From positions 930,001-994,000 of the forward strand of contig MU058000.1 in the NCBI GenBank assembly GCA_013265495.1: a stretch of DNA of 64,000 bases, in the 5' to 3' direction. The position numbers and the translations under genes are program-made. Under the pieces are notes generated by a model, which saw only the letters and a list, made by a program, of their open reading frames with translations, did no database searches and was not told where the DNA came from. The stretch's first letter is position 1. Every line of letters starts with the position of its first letter. Below, in pieces: positions 38,136 to 50,320 of this stretch. The stretch comes from Vicugna vicugna (taxonomy: Eukaryota).

Positions 38136-39789
38136 AGAGGTTCTCAAACTTTGATGTGCAAAAGAAACCCAATTTCACAGTTTGTTGAAAATGCAGGTTC
38201 CGGGAACAGTCCCCTGTGCTCATCACTGTCCCAGTATTGCTCCAAGTGCAGTTCAAAGACACTCGTTACAGATGAAGATCCTCTGGCCAGAGATTCCTGT
38301 TCCATACATTGGAGTCTCCAGAACCTCACAAAGTCTGGCCCTCACAGGCCTGCAATCAATGAAAGGGACGCATATGAATGTCCCCAAGTCAAGCAACAAA
38401 ATTATGCCTCAGGCCTTTGCCAAATGGAAAGAGATTTCTCACCCCTTGAGGAGAGGGGGCAGTCACTTTGCAGAGAAACTGGAGACAGGCCCCAAGCCCA
38501 AGTGAGCTGCAGACTCACTTCATCAGCAGAAAACTGCCGTGCGGCTCTTGTCCTCATCTACTTGAAGAATAAGAGGACCAGTCCAGGTCACACGGTTAAC
38601 GGGAAGGCTAATATAGGCAGCCGTAATGGATGATTTACTAGATCAGAGACCTTTAATCAGGCAATAGAGATGACCCTTGCTTATTGATTATCATCCAATG
38701 GCTTTAAATTATCCTCAGTGTCCTAGGAGACAGACAGAGGAGGGCTGGTAAGGAAAGGGGCTCAAAGAAAGTCAATAAGTCATCTGCCGACAAGTTAAAG
38801 GCGTGAGGCTCGGCAGGCGTATTCCTTTCAAGTGCACTTACAAGAGGGAGGGAAGAAGTGAAACAGGCTTCTCATTATTTAAATTGGGCCTACACTCTCT
38901 GCTGAGAAGTGCATTAGCTAGCATTCTTTCTCCATGCGAGCTGACGGTCAGGCCAGGAGAAGGAGATTAAACATGTCAGCAGGAGGTGTGGAAATAATTG
39001 GGGGCAGTAATTGGGAGAAATCCGGGCACCTTGATTGTGACGGCTGTCTAGTTTTCTCTTTCAAAACCTGAATTCACGTTAACGTGTTGATGGCCTTATC
39101 CAAATTGGGTAGAATTTATTAACCATAAAAATAATTACAGAAATGACTTGCATTTAGATAATCGGATAGCAAGCCACAGCCTCAGTTCTAGAGTGGCTTT
39201 ACAAAGTGGATACCCTGTTCCTGTTCCCATACCAAAGTCCCTCCTTTGTTAGTTTTTCAATTTTTTAAAAGTTGAATTCAGGCTTCGATCTGGTGTCTGG
39301 TTTTCCAATCTGATGGTGTGAATATGCTTGCAGTTTGTTTGCCAATGTTAGATGTATTTGCTATTCAGTAGGTATTCAGTAAAGGCTAGTTTAATCTGAA
39401 TAGTTCCCTAAAAAAATTCTGAAAAGGTGGCATTTCCCTTTGTGGCTCCCAACTTAGTTATTGTTTTAAAAAACTACGCATATAATTCCTTTCACCTCAT
39501 TTTCAAGACTCAGAATTCTTCCTTTTTGAAATTTCTTTCAGGAAGGAAACCAATGATTTGCACTTTTAAAGTATTTTAAGTTATATTTAATGTGGATGGA
39601 AATAACGATCTTGTGTTGCGGGAATTCAAAGATTAGAATTTAGAAAGAGGTGTAATTTTGGGAACCGGGAGGATCTTCTTAGCTAGAAGCGCATGCAGGT
39701 GGAACAGGCCATCTCACTGTGGGCGTGGTACCCTTGCCTCTTTGGAGGGGACGTGAAGAAGGTGTGTTGGCCGGATGCTAAGGATGATG

Positions 39790-39990
39790 CTATCTTTCGT
39801 TGACCTAGTACTTTTCCAGTTTCAAGTTGAGTTTGCACTGATAATCTCATTAGAGTTCCCCATCAGCCCCAGGAGGAAGTCAGGGCAAATGCTTTCCGCC
39901 TTGTTCAGCTTTAGGAGGAAACAAGGTGCAGAGAGGTCGTGAATGAGCAGATGTCAAATTGTGGAACTGAGACTCTGGTCTTTCTAATCA
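39790..39990 (-). mobile_element. MIR3/MIRc-like SINE
   Basis: atctcattagagttccccatcagccccaggagg...gaggaaacaaggtgcagagagg. Confidence 0.55.
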
Positions 39991-40034
39991 AGGTCAATCC
40001 TGCCCTTGTCCCCCTTGATCTCTCCCCCTCCTCC

Positions 40035-40335
40035 CATGTGGAACATCTGCTGTGTGCCATGCACTTTGTGCAACACCAGGGATTTCCACGCATTTCCTGG
40101 GAAGCGTGTACATAAAGCAAGTTTCCTGATCTCAAGGGGCCGACAGTCAAGTAAAAAGAGACAAACATTAAGTCAGTTAGGAGCACCAAAGTGTCAGGAA
40201 GGCTGTGACAGAAATGGTCACACAGACGTGCATGAGAAGACGGGGGGCATCGGTCCATCGGGTGTGGACTGAGGGAAGGTCAGCTGGGATGCATTAGGAA
40301 AGGCTTCATGAAGTCTCAAGAAGAGTCTAGCAACG
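40035..40335 (-). mobile_element. L2 fragment
   Basis: gaacatctgctgtgtgccatgcact...cctgatctcaagggg...ttaggaaaggcttcatgaag. Confidence 0.6.
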
Positions 40336-40384
40336 TTTGCTGTAAGAGTAGGCATCAGACAGACCTGAAATTTGCCTCTTTCCA

Positions 40385-40613
40385 AGTGTATTTCTAAGAG
40401 AAAAATCAGTGCAGAATGGGTTTTGCTGCCAAATAATTTTGTGAAATATAGCATATTCTATATTGGAAATTCACAATCCTTATTAAGATATTGAGGACGT
40501 AGAAATCCTTCCAAAAGAAACCTGTTTAAATGTGTAGCTTCCAGCCAAAGTGTGGAATTATAGAGCTTAAATTTTTTTTTTAAGAGAACAATTAAAATTT
40601 TTGGAAAGCACTA
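40385..40613. mobile_element. MER103-like hAT-Charlie element
   Basis: ggaaattcacaatccttattaagatattgagg...aaagaaacctgtttaa...tttggaaagcact. Confidence 0.65.
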
Positions 40614-41459
40614 ACTTAGATGCGCTGGCAGGCAGATCTTGTCTGCAGGCAGCTGAGATTTGGCCATGACGTGTAATGCTCAAGTGCAGTGGAGACCAGC
40701 CCTCTTGGCTGGGAATGTCCCCTAACTCAGATAAACCACTGAGAATGTCGCTGCCTTATGTGAGACGTTGAACCATGTGAGGAGAGGACCTCAAGGTCCC
40801 AGAGGGAAATGGGAGAGGAGGAGGAAGAAAGCTGGAGGGGCACCCTGATTGTGATTAATTTTGACTTCTTTCATCCGGAAGCGTAGTTCACTCAGAAGTG
40901 GTCCTGGGACAGGAGCCCGTCCCTGAAATGGTAACAGAGAGGTCGCTGTCAGAGAGGGAAAATGGTGTGGAGGGCTTCATCAAGGGCAGAGGGTACTCAT
41001 CTTGAGGGTAAACACCTCCTCTTCCTTCTGGTAGCGTCTGCTCTCAGCTCCCCTCCTTTTCCAGGTGACTCGATTAGACAGCAGCCTGGTGACTGCTCCC
41101 TCCTGTCTTCCAGGAGAACACAGGATACATTCCTTCATTTCAGCTTCTGTCTGTCCCACGTCGTCCGCTCATCAACTGAATCAAAATCGATTCTGACGGG
41201 CTTTCCTTCCCCATCATACCTGGAGCAGACCACAGTCTCTCATTATGCTGTCATTCTGTATTACTTCCTTCCAGATTAGTTCCACCAGGGAGGAGCCTTC
41301 CCTGTCCTCTGAGCCTAGAACAGCACCTGGCACATAGTAGGGCCTCAGTATATACTGAGTAAAAATTTTAATGCCATCTTTTTAGAGAAACAAATACTTA
41401 GGTGTCTCATTTTCAGTTGGTAAATGAGCATGGAAGGAGAAGGGGCAGACTAGAAGAAA

Positions 41460-41690
41460 GAGCTACTTTTGGTCGTGGGAAACCATTATGTGTTACATGC
41501 TTTTCCTTAAGTCTCTCATTTAGGGCTCACAATACACCCTATTAATGGATACTACTATATCATCATCACCATTTTGCCGATGAAGAAACAGAAGGTCAGA
41601 GAGGTTTCATTTGTCCCAGGTCACCCGAGCACTAAGGACAGAGCTGGATGTGATGCTGGTGTACCTGAGGCTACATCTGGGCTTCCATCA
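41460..41690 (-). mobile_element. MIR SINE
   Basis: ccattttgccgatgaagaaacagaaggtcagagaggtt..ttgtcccaggtcac. Confidence 0.7.
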
Positions 41691-42005
41691 GCCTCAGGTC
41701 ACACAGAGAGTGTTGAGCTCAGCTTCAGGAGATGGGAATCTGTTGCAAATCTTATTACTCATTAGTGTTAGACTCCTATGATTTAACATTCAACTCTGAA
41801 GGAAACCATGGGTTTCTGCTCATTTATTCATCCTGTTTGCACAGTCGCATTATAGCAGATCGCATGGAGGGATGTTTCTGAGGGCTGCTGATGACACAGT
41901 GCGACTTCATTTAATGTTGTTCCTATTCTGCACTGCATCTATTGGGGTAAAATGTATGAATCTCAAATTTAAGGTGGATCCTTGCCCTTCTGAGATGCTT
42001 GTCAT

Positions 42006-42019
42006 TCACTAGATGGCAC
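42006..42019 (+). promoter_or_regulatory. CTCF-binding motif (candidate)
   Basis: TCACTAGATGGCAC(TG) vs consensus CCASYAGRKGGCRS (first base only differs). Confidence 0.6.
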
Positions 42020-43524
42020 TGTTGTATTAACTTTATCTATTTTCCAGTCCGGATTAAAAGCTTTAAGGAGTATCATTTTCTGTGATACTGTAGCTATTGG
42101 ACTAGCCAATTTCCAGGTGTGGGTACAAGGGCAGGGTGGAGACAAGCTGATATAATGTATATATTTCATTAATTTGGATCCTAAATCCTAGTTTAGATTT
42201 TACACTCTGACAAAATTGTAATTTTATGGCCACATAGTAATAGCTGGCTACGTTGATTGACTGAAAAATAATGCCTTGCTGGATATTATGAGACCAAAAT
42301 GATGGTCTCACGGGTTATTGGAACTCAGGGGTGGCACCAATGGGGACAGTTTCTGACAGATGCTATGGGCAGAGGCAGAGAAATATAAAGTATAGAGTAG
42401 ATGCTCTAAAAAAATTAGAGAGTGGAATCGTCATTTTAAGCTAACTGAATTTATATTAAAGCCAGATACTCTATATTTGCCAGTGGTATCATCATGTTCA
42501 CAGTCCCCTGAAAAATGTAGTTCTTGACCACTTCCTTTCTCTTGTCCCTTTTCAATACCCTGAATGATTCATTCTCCAAAATCTCTCTCCTGCCATTCTT
42601 TGCTTTCCATTCCCACCATCATAATTGAGGTCTTCATCATTTACTTCCATTCTGTAATCATCTCTCACTTGGGTTCTCTGAGTCTCCTTCCTCTGCTGCT
42701 CTTGAAGCCTTTGGTCAGAATAATCTTCGCAGTGTGAGTCCCATGCTCTCAGGTCAGCAGTGACCCCATGTGAACAAGACTCCTCGGCCTGGCATCTAGG
42801 GCCTCCCCTGATCTGATCACAGTTTCCTCTTCAGGCACCTCTCCAATTCTAATTAAGTAAAAAAGTGAATGGAATGTAACTCACTGTCTTGCACATAGTA
42901 GGTGCGGAGTAATAGGTAGCTGCTGCTGGATCCAGTAATCTGTTTAGCCCTCTTTTTCTACCTGAGTGTGGAAACTCTCATTTGTGGACTCTACTAGACA
43001 CCAGTCTTGGAACGAGGTGTATTGGATCTGTTACCATATTTGATCATCATAACCTGTCCACCCTTGGGACCTGGGGCTCCAGGTCTTGCTCTCTCCTGGC
43101 TGCTCTCCTCCCCATGGGTTAAGAATTCTTGGCCTAAGCGGGCCAGTTCTTCCAGAATCTGCTCTCCCCCAGCTAACTGGGACCCGACTTCCTTTCTCAG
43201 ATATCCCCCGAGTCTACTTCCAGGCTGGCAGGGACCTCTCTTTCTGGAGTTTCCTCTTGACATGAGACTGTGCTGCCCACAGGCCCAAGGGGTGCCCGAG
43301 GTGCGGCTGCTTGCAGTGGGGAGGCTTGTGTGGACAGGGCTTGGCCTGGGGCGGCCCCTCGCAGGTATGTGAGGTCCCGGGCAGTGCAAGACGGAGCTGG
43401 GGTGGGAGGAGAAGCAGGAAGGACCTCTATGTCTGTGCTGCATGTTCCAGGTGGCCTTACTTCTGAGAACCCCATGGCTTCAAGGCTACCATCCCCATTC
43501 TGTAGAGAGAACTGAGATTAAGTA

Positions 43525-43700
43525 CAATGTTTCATTTTTCTAACATGCATGTTTTTTTACATTTGGATATTTCTGAAATTAGGATGCATCTTACAAGCCA
43601 TGACCTCTGCTTAGTGTTAGTCAGCATCTTTATACCTTGTTAGCTGGATAGTAAATAGTGGTGTCTTAAGCTGCTGGTGTCTTAGAGTCAACAAAGTTGG
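43525..43700. mobile_element. MER104-like Tc2/mariner MITE inserted in a MIR
   Basis: TA flanks; tttctgaaattaggatgcatcttaca and ggtgtcttag motifs; MIR halves at 43490-43522 and 43703-43775. Confidence 0.7.
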
Positions 43701-44019
43701 TAGCTTGACTAGGTCACACAGGTAAGTGGTGGAGCTGAGATTCAAACTCCTGTCAAGCTGACTCCAATGCCCATGCCATTAGCCAGCTGCTCCAAGAACA
43801 TCTTCCTGATGAAACTCACCTCTCTTTCCACTCTCCTGTCTATGTCCCCTCAGCATTTTGACTTTTGAAATGACACTACAGAGATGCTACGAAAGCACAG
43901 CACTATAAAGCTGGATCAGAAATATGTCCTGCTGGTTTTAATCATGTATTTCCTGACTCTTCAGCTCATGATGAGTTTCCTGGGGACAGGTGTCCATATG
44001 TTTCCTAGGTGTTTATATA

Positions 44020-44260
44020 CCATGCATAGCGATAAGAACAGAGAATTCTCAAGTCAAACCTAGATTTGAGTTCTGTCTCTGTTCCTTACCAGCTTGGTGA
44101 TGCCTAGAGCTGCCTTAACGTCCTTGAGCCTCGGTTTCCTCCCCTGTGAAATGGGTCTGATGATAACTGTCTCAGAGATCTGCAGTGAAATGAAAGCACT
44201 TGCAAGTTGTAGTTTTCGTTGCACATTAGGTTCCCTCAGTCGAGTGTGCTTAGCACAGTG
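44020..44260 (+). mobile_element. MIR SINE
   Basis: cctagatttgagttctgtctctg...gagcctcggtttcctcccctgtgaaatggg. Confidence 0.75.
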
Positions 44261-44589
44261 AAGGCTAAATAAATGAATAAATTCGTAGCTTAATCTTCAT
44301 AACAGCTTATGTGTTAGACTTCCCTGGACCAGTGTCCCATTCAGCTTTTCAGCCAGCCATTCCATCAGCAAATGTTTGTCAACCGTCTACCATGTATGAG
44401 GTATCATGCTGGGTGATGGAGATGCCATAGTGAACAGGAGAGTCAAGATCCCTGTGTGTATTACAAATCAAGAAAAAGGTGGAAAGGAAGACTGTAAGAC
44501 AGAGTTAGGGACTAAAAGAAAGGCTGGCTGAGGAGGTTTTGTCTTGAGTTGTGAAGAATGAGAACAAAGCATCCATGTAGCATGAGGAG

Positions 44590-45029
44590 TGTATTAGTCT
44601 GGCTTTTCCACAAAAACAGACTGTATGTCAATGTATACATACAGAGATTTATCATAAGGAACTGGCTCATGATTAAGGAGTCCCAAGATCCATAGTCAAC
44701 AAGCTGGAGACCCAGGAGAGCCCATGGTGTAAGTTCCAGTCTGAGTTGAGTGTGAAGGCAGGCATAGACCGATGTCCCAGATCAAAGACAGTCAGGTGGA
44801 GAGCCAGAGAGAATGCTCTCTCACGCCACCCTTTTGTTCTGCTCAGGCCTTCAATGAGTTGGATGAGGCCCACCCCACTGGGGAGAGCAATCTGCTTTTC
44901 TCAGTCTGCTGATTCAAATGTTAATCTCATCCAGAAGTACCCTGACAGATACACCCAGAAATAACGTTGAGTTAAGTAGATGGGCACCCCATGGCCTGGT
45001 TAAGTTGACTTACAAAATTAATCATCACA
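44590..45029 (-). mobile_element. ERVL LTR, MLT2B-like (second copy)
   Basis: tgtattagtctgg...caagctggagacccaggagagcc...ttcaaatgttaatctcatccaga...aagttgacttacaaaattaatcatcaca. Confidence 0.9.
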
Positions 45030-45364
45030 AAGTGGAAGTGTTTTGTTCTCTGAGGCTGGGCCTTTGATTTTTGATTATGAAAGTTCTTAGAAGTCTCACT
45101 GTTCTTTCCATGAGGAGAAATCAGGCAGTTTATGGATGGCAACCCTTTATTTAGGAAAGTATATATCCTTCTGACTCCCGTCCCCCCTCTGCCTGTCCTA
45201 GCGAAAAGGCATAGAGAATGTAGTTACCTTATCTCATAAATATATCCTATCTGCTCATCTCTGTGATCTATGTTATAGGCCCTCAAGACAGCCTGTTTCA
45301 CTGGGGTGGCCATTTCTCACTTTTAACTTAAAGGTCTTTAATGCATGTGTTTGGGGTCTCTAAT

Positions 45365-45578
45365 CAAAGGTCTCTAACCTTGGCACTATGTACATTTTGG
45401 GTTTGATAATTTTCTGTTTTGAGGACTCTCCTACGCCTGGTGGAGGTTTAGCAGCGTCCCTGGACTCAATCCACTGGATTGAGTGGCAGCCCCCTTTTGG
45501 CTGTGACAACCAAAAATGTCTCCCGCCATCGCCAAAGAGCTGGTGGGGAGTAACATCTGCCCTTGCTGAGAACCACCG
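45365..45578. mobile_element. MER20 hAT-Charlie MITE
   Basis: ccttggcactatgtacattttggg...tgtgacaaccaaaaatgtctcc...tgagaaccaccg; direct repeat ctctaat on both flanks (45358-45364, 45579-45585). Confidence 0.9.
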
Positions 45579-46064
45579 CTCTAATCCCCATGGGGATTTG
45601 CTGTGTGACAAATCTTTGCTTGGGGATGCTTTTCCGCAGGGCACGGAGAGTAACCTTCACCGCCTGACTGCGGGAATCCGAAAGGCAGGGTCTTCCTAGC
45701 TCCAGAGTTTCTCGTTAAGAGGATTAGATTGCCAAGGTGATTGGATTGCATTTCTAATGAGCTGAGCTGCCAACATCTGTTTGCGGTAATTGAGGACAGC
45801 TGTGATGCTGGCGTGCCTGAAACCTCCACAACCTTCCCTTGCTCCTCCAGGTATTTGAGCCAGCCCCGGCCATCCTGTCACATCAGCCTCTTGCAGGAAG
45901 ATGCTGGCAAGGTCAGAGCGTTTGCGGAGAATGGTATCAATCCACAAGGTGTCTTAGGTTTGATGCTACTGTGTTGACTGGGACACAGGAGCAGTGTTCA
46001 TTCTTGCAAACTGCCTCCAAGGCACAGAAAAATGTGTGTATAGCATAAAAAAGCAGATCACATC

Positions 46065-46285
46065 CAATAATAATAATAACAACAGCAGCAGCATCTCACA
46101 TACATATTTATTCATCCCCCATGTGCTCTGTCCTCTTGTAAGAGCCTTCCTGTGTTACTTGGTTTATTCTTTATAAAAACTCTCTGATGTGGGTTCTGTA
46201 TTATTCACCTGTTACAGCCGAGACACAGATAGCAAGAGGTGGAATTAGGGTTACACCAAAGCAGTTGATTCCAGAGTTTGCAATG
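46065..46285 (-). mobile_element. MIR SINE
   Basis: aataataataacaacagcagc tail, gcagttgattccagag head. Confidence 0.6.
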
Positions 46286-47559
46286 TGGACTTAATTTTCC
46301 AGATTCTATTACATTATATATACACATATTTATTCATAACTAACATAACATGAGAGTCTGGAAGCAGACATACCAAAATATTAAGTCAGTCTCTCTCTCT
46401 GGGTGGCTGCCTTGGGGGTGATTTTTTTTTTTTTGGTCTTCTTTAAACTTTTTAATGTTTTCCAGGTTTTCTATATTAAGGATTATATTTTATTGAAAGT
46501 TATATACAAGTTCTTACAATATACGTATTGAGGAGGTGATGGGAAGAGAAGCAGTGAGCTAAGAGGATATTTTAGAAGCTGAGTCCCTGGTGGAGTGTAT
46601 CCTAGGGGGAGAGGTGACAAGTTGACCACCCTGGGGCTGATTCCTTAACGGCTCTTTAGCTGAATTCACATTGAATCACATTACAACTTATCTCAGTGCA
46701 TTGGGGACTTTTTGGTGGGACTCTAGACTTTCTTGAAAACAACTTACTTTTCTTCTCCAGAGTCTCGCTTGCTGCCGCAGGGACGTTTGCTCCCGGGCGG
46801 CCTGCGGCAGTCTGTCCAGCTCTGCTCCCCTCCCCATGGCACCTCTCCCCAAGGGCGGCAAACTCATGGCCGGTTTGCACACTAGCTATGTGAGGACAGC
46901 GACGACCTGCCCTTGGGCCTAACCCTTCAAGGAAGTGTGGTGACTTCCTAGCAGCAAAGTCAAGGCTGCAGCTGTAATAGCTCCCACCCTTCGTGCTCTG
47001 TGGTCAGGGTGGAGGCCTCTCTCGGGCTCTGCATCAGCTCTGCTTGCCTGGGGGTTTGGGCCAGTGTGTGGGACCACCCAGAAAACACACTCACCCACAT
47101 CACACTCTGCCGATCTTTCTCCAGGAGAGAAGCTGCCTTGTGGGGTGAGAGTAGCGTTCTAGTTTGTTTAAAGTCCACACACCGTTTCCTTTTCCTCCAG
47201 GAACCTCACCACTTTCTGGAGACGATTAGAGGCAATCGCAGAGTTGGTTTTGCGTAGAATGAAAATTGCAGGGCAGGCAAATTTTGCCCAGCTTCATCCT
47301 CCTGGGGGTGGCAGAGGCTTCTGGTAATGACCAGTTTGGCTTGGACATATGGTGCCAGTGCAGGTTGAAGGAGACCACCTTCCCTCCCCTGTGACCATCC
47401 CACTCCTTTCAAAGGGACAGGAAGGGAGAAAGGTGTGGTTTAGCATTTTTCTCATCAAAAGCAGAGAAGCAGGAAGCTGTTGGGAAGCAGTATTTTTCAC
47501 ATTATCCCCATTTACACGAAACCCCAGTAAAGGCCCCGGTGGCTCCAGATACCTGATAA

Positions 47560-48300
47560 CATAATTACTCTGTTGGGGCAGAGCATGAGGTGGCTTTGTT
47601 TCCTCTATAAACCTTCAACTATGCTATGACAAAAGTCTCTTTTTTCCAACCCTGATGACACATTCCGTAATTTCCTGGCCATTTTTAAATGTTAAAAGTC
47701 AAGGTCAGTTTAAATTGTAGTCTTTAATATGATTTTGATCTTCTCCCCAACACCCCTCCCTGCCTCACCTTGACGGAGGTTTGACCTGTTGCCCGAGGTC
47801 TGAGCACCTCTTCTGCCACCGGCACTTTGATGTGGTTGGATGTGGGTGGGAATGGCCTTCGTTTAGATGCCATCTCTTCCTTCTTTCTCTTTTGGGATTA
47901 ATTTTGTTTGGGTTGGAGGGCTTTGGGAGTCTGGGAGGAGACGGTACAGGCAGGTGTATCTCACGGTGACCAGCTACATATCATGGTGTGGCGTGACCCT
48001 GGTTATCTCCAGGCTCCGTGTGCTTCTGTCTCCTTGTGGTGAGTTTGGTGGTCAGTTTCTACCAGTCCTCTCCAACACTGAGGTTCCCCTAGAGAGGCCA
48101 GCCATGTTTCCTTAAGCCCCTGAGATCAATCCATGCCCCAATCTCCTTTCTAGGAAGGCAACTCCTCTCTGGGTGGCCCCCAGAATGCCCCCAGGGCTCC
48201 TGCCCTTCCTCAGTGCCCTTTTACATGGAAGAACGATCGAGATCCTTGCTGCAGGAGCTCCCATCCTTTTCTCCTAAGGTCCACAGTCCCTTCTCACCCT
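47560..48300 (-). mobile_element. Possible ancient Gypsy-type LTR (MamGypLTR-like)
   Basis: Minus-strand 3' part ..gactacaatttaaactgacc..gtttatagaggaaacaaagccacctc..agagt resembles the U5 region of mammalian Gypsy LTR relics as I recall them; ends not defined. Confidence 0.35.
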
Positions 48301-48874
48301 GATGAAGTGGGCTCCTCTGGCAAACTTCACACCTTTAAACAGGCGCTAACTTCCATGGTCACGAATATCACTCATCGTCAAGAGTTGTAGGTGAGGTTAA
48401 ATCTCCCCATAACTCTCTGTGATTGCTGTAGGAGATGGGCTCCGTAGTTCTGAAAGCTCCATCCCAGGGGTGAGATGCCAGCATTTCGATCTAGGAGGCA
48501 CTCAATCTCTCTGAGGGATTCTGTTGACACTTCCGATTCCTTTTCTTGGAGATGCAGAAGTACCATCCCAGCAAGGACCCTACATGCCCTGACAAGGCCC
48601 GTGGCCCTGATGACTCTGTACCCTCTGGCTCTGGCCCCTCCAGGACTCTCCTTTATGGATTTGGAAGGGATAGAGATGTGTAGTGGTGGGTGGTGGTGGA
48701 AGGTGGAAGTTCAAGCTTAGTTACTAAGATGCCTGGCCCCAGGCGTTGACAGCTTTGTTTAGAATGTGGGGCTTGTAGAAACTCTTTGTTCATGGCTTTT
48801 GGCCTTTGTTGCCAGTTTGGGGGTCACAACAAAAATGACCACTCAACATCCTGTTACTTTAGCTAAACTTTTTC

Positions 48875-49092
48875 TTGCTGCTTATATGCCAGGCACCGTG
48901 CTGGACCTGCACTGATGAGTTCATTTAAGCTCACAGTGCTCCCATGAGGAAGAAACTATTATCATCCATCTTTTATAGATGAGGAAACTGAGGCACACAG
49001 AAGTAGTGTTAACTGTCCAGGGTACGCAGCTAGCCAAGATTTGAACCTGGCAGTCTGATTTAAGAACCTGTGAACTTAGCTACTACCCTGTG
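48875..49092 (-). mobile_element. MIR SINE
   Basis: tatgccaggcaccgtgct...ttttatagatgaggaaactgaggcacacagaag...gatttgaacctggcagtctga. Confidence 0.85.
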
Positions 49093-49236
49093 CTCCTTTC
49101 CAGCCTCAGAATTTAGCTTAAATTTCACTTGGCTCCTGGCCCCTGTCTTCATGCTCCTGGCAGCTTTGGATGTATACCCCTCCCTCTTCCCTCAGCATTT
49201 AGTTACCCTTTGGCTCCTGGATCCCCATTATGGCAA

Positions 49237-49799
49237 TTTTGGGGAGGAAAAAATGTCTTCTATCCTCTTTGGCTCTGTAATTGGGGGCCTGTGAATTAAA
49301 CTGACAAAAACCAGAGTAACAGGAGAAAAAAGATTTATTCCTATGTGTATGGGAGTTAAAAAAAAGAAGTAGCTAGCTATTTAAATGATTAAAGTGAGAG
49401 GCTTATATTTCTAACTTAGTTGGGGAAAGAGAGAAAATGAGGTTTCTTCTCTACGTTTCTTTAGGAAAGACAAAGAGGTTTTAGGAGAACAAACGGGAGA
49501 TACGAATGTTTGTGATAATGTTTGCTTATGCAGGTGCAGGCAGTCTTTTTGTCTTTTTCATGGCCATGGAATTCCTCTGGAGAGGGGATTTGTGGTAAGT
49601 TTACACTCCATTTTCTTCCTGGGAGCAAGACCCACTCCCTAAGAGGACGTTTATAGCAACCTCTTTTTTCAGAAGTTGGTGCTTTTAATCAGATAAGGAA
49701 AGCTCGGAGGAGGCCTTTTCTGCATCAGTTGAATCTCAGATGTCTTCAGCTTAAAATAATCTTTACGCCACCTCTGGGGTTCTGAGTGGGTCCCACCCA
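49237..49799 (-). mobile_element. ERV1 solo LTR, MER34-related (similar to 13389-13910)
   Basis: Shares ttttggggagga, gaattaaa.tg.ca..a.acaga.taacaggagaaaa and cttcagcttaaaataatc motifs with the 13.4-kb copy. Confidence 0.7.
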
Positions 49800-50079
49800 T
49801 GGTCTCATTCTACCTCGCTGACCAGTTCCATGAAAGAGGTGATTTAAATACGAGGTGAGGCATAAGCCTGGGTCAACAGGCCAATGAGCCCAGGCAGAGG
49901 ATGGCTGAGGAAAAGCCAGGAACGCTGGGGCTGGGCATTGTTTTCTGCTTCAAAGCACCTCGAGGCCTGGAGAAAGTTGGGCAGGAAGGGAAGGGGGTTG
50001 AGGCGGGGGAGGGCTGCTTTTGCCGGGTCCACACGGACGAGGAGCACACCTTGGGGTAGTGGCAAACTTCTGCACAAGG

Positions 50080-50320
50080 TACCAATGGTGGGGAAAAGAC
50101 AGTGGAATAGAAAGCTTGGTCATCCGAGTTCAAGTTCTAGCTCCTCCATTTACTAACTGAGCCACTCTGGAGATTTAACTGAACTACGGTTTCTCTCTGG
50201 AACAGGGAAGGTTCTCCTTTCATATCTCTTAGGGTTGTAGTGAGGTGCCTATGGGGCAGCAGGCCAGAAAGCTCTTTGTACCCTGATGCACTGATATATG
50301 TGAGTAAGAAATGTTATTGT
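50080..50320 (+). mobile_element. MIR SINE
   Basis: cgagttcaagttctagctcctccatttactaactg...tagggttgtagtgagg. Confidence 0.7.

Noticed and set aside
38151..38633. 160-aa ORF
   Set aside because: Starts inside a MER5-like terminus at a TTG codon; no domain or clear splice context
41860..41905. CR1/L3 RT motif (MFLRAADDTV, cf. KFADDT)
   Set aside because: Too short, and the flanks do not extend convincingly by eye
25609..45029. Two MLT2B LTRs as ends of one provirus
   Set aside because: 19 kb apart, clearly diverged, no gag/pol between them and no shared TSD
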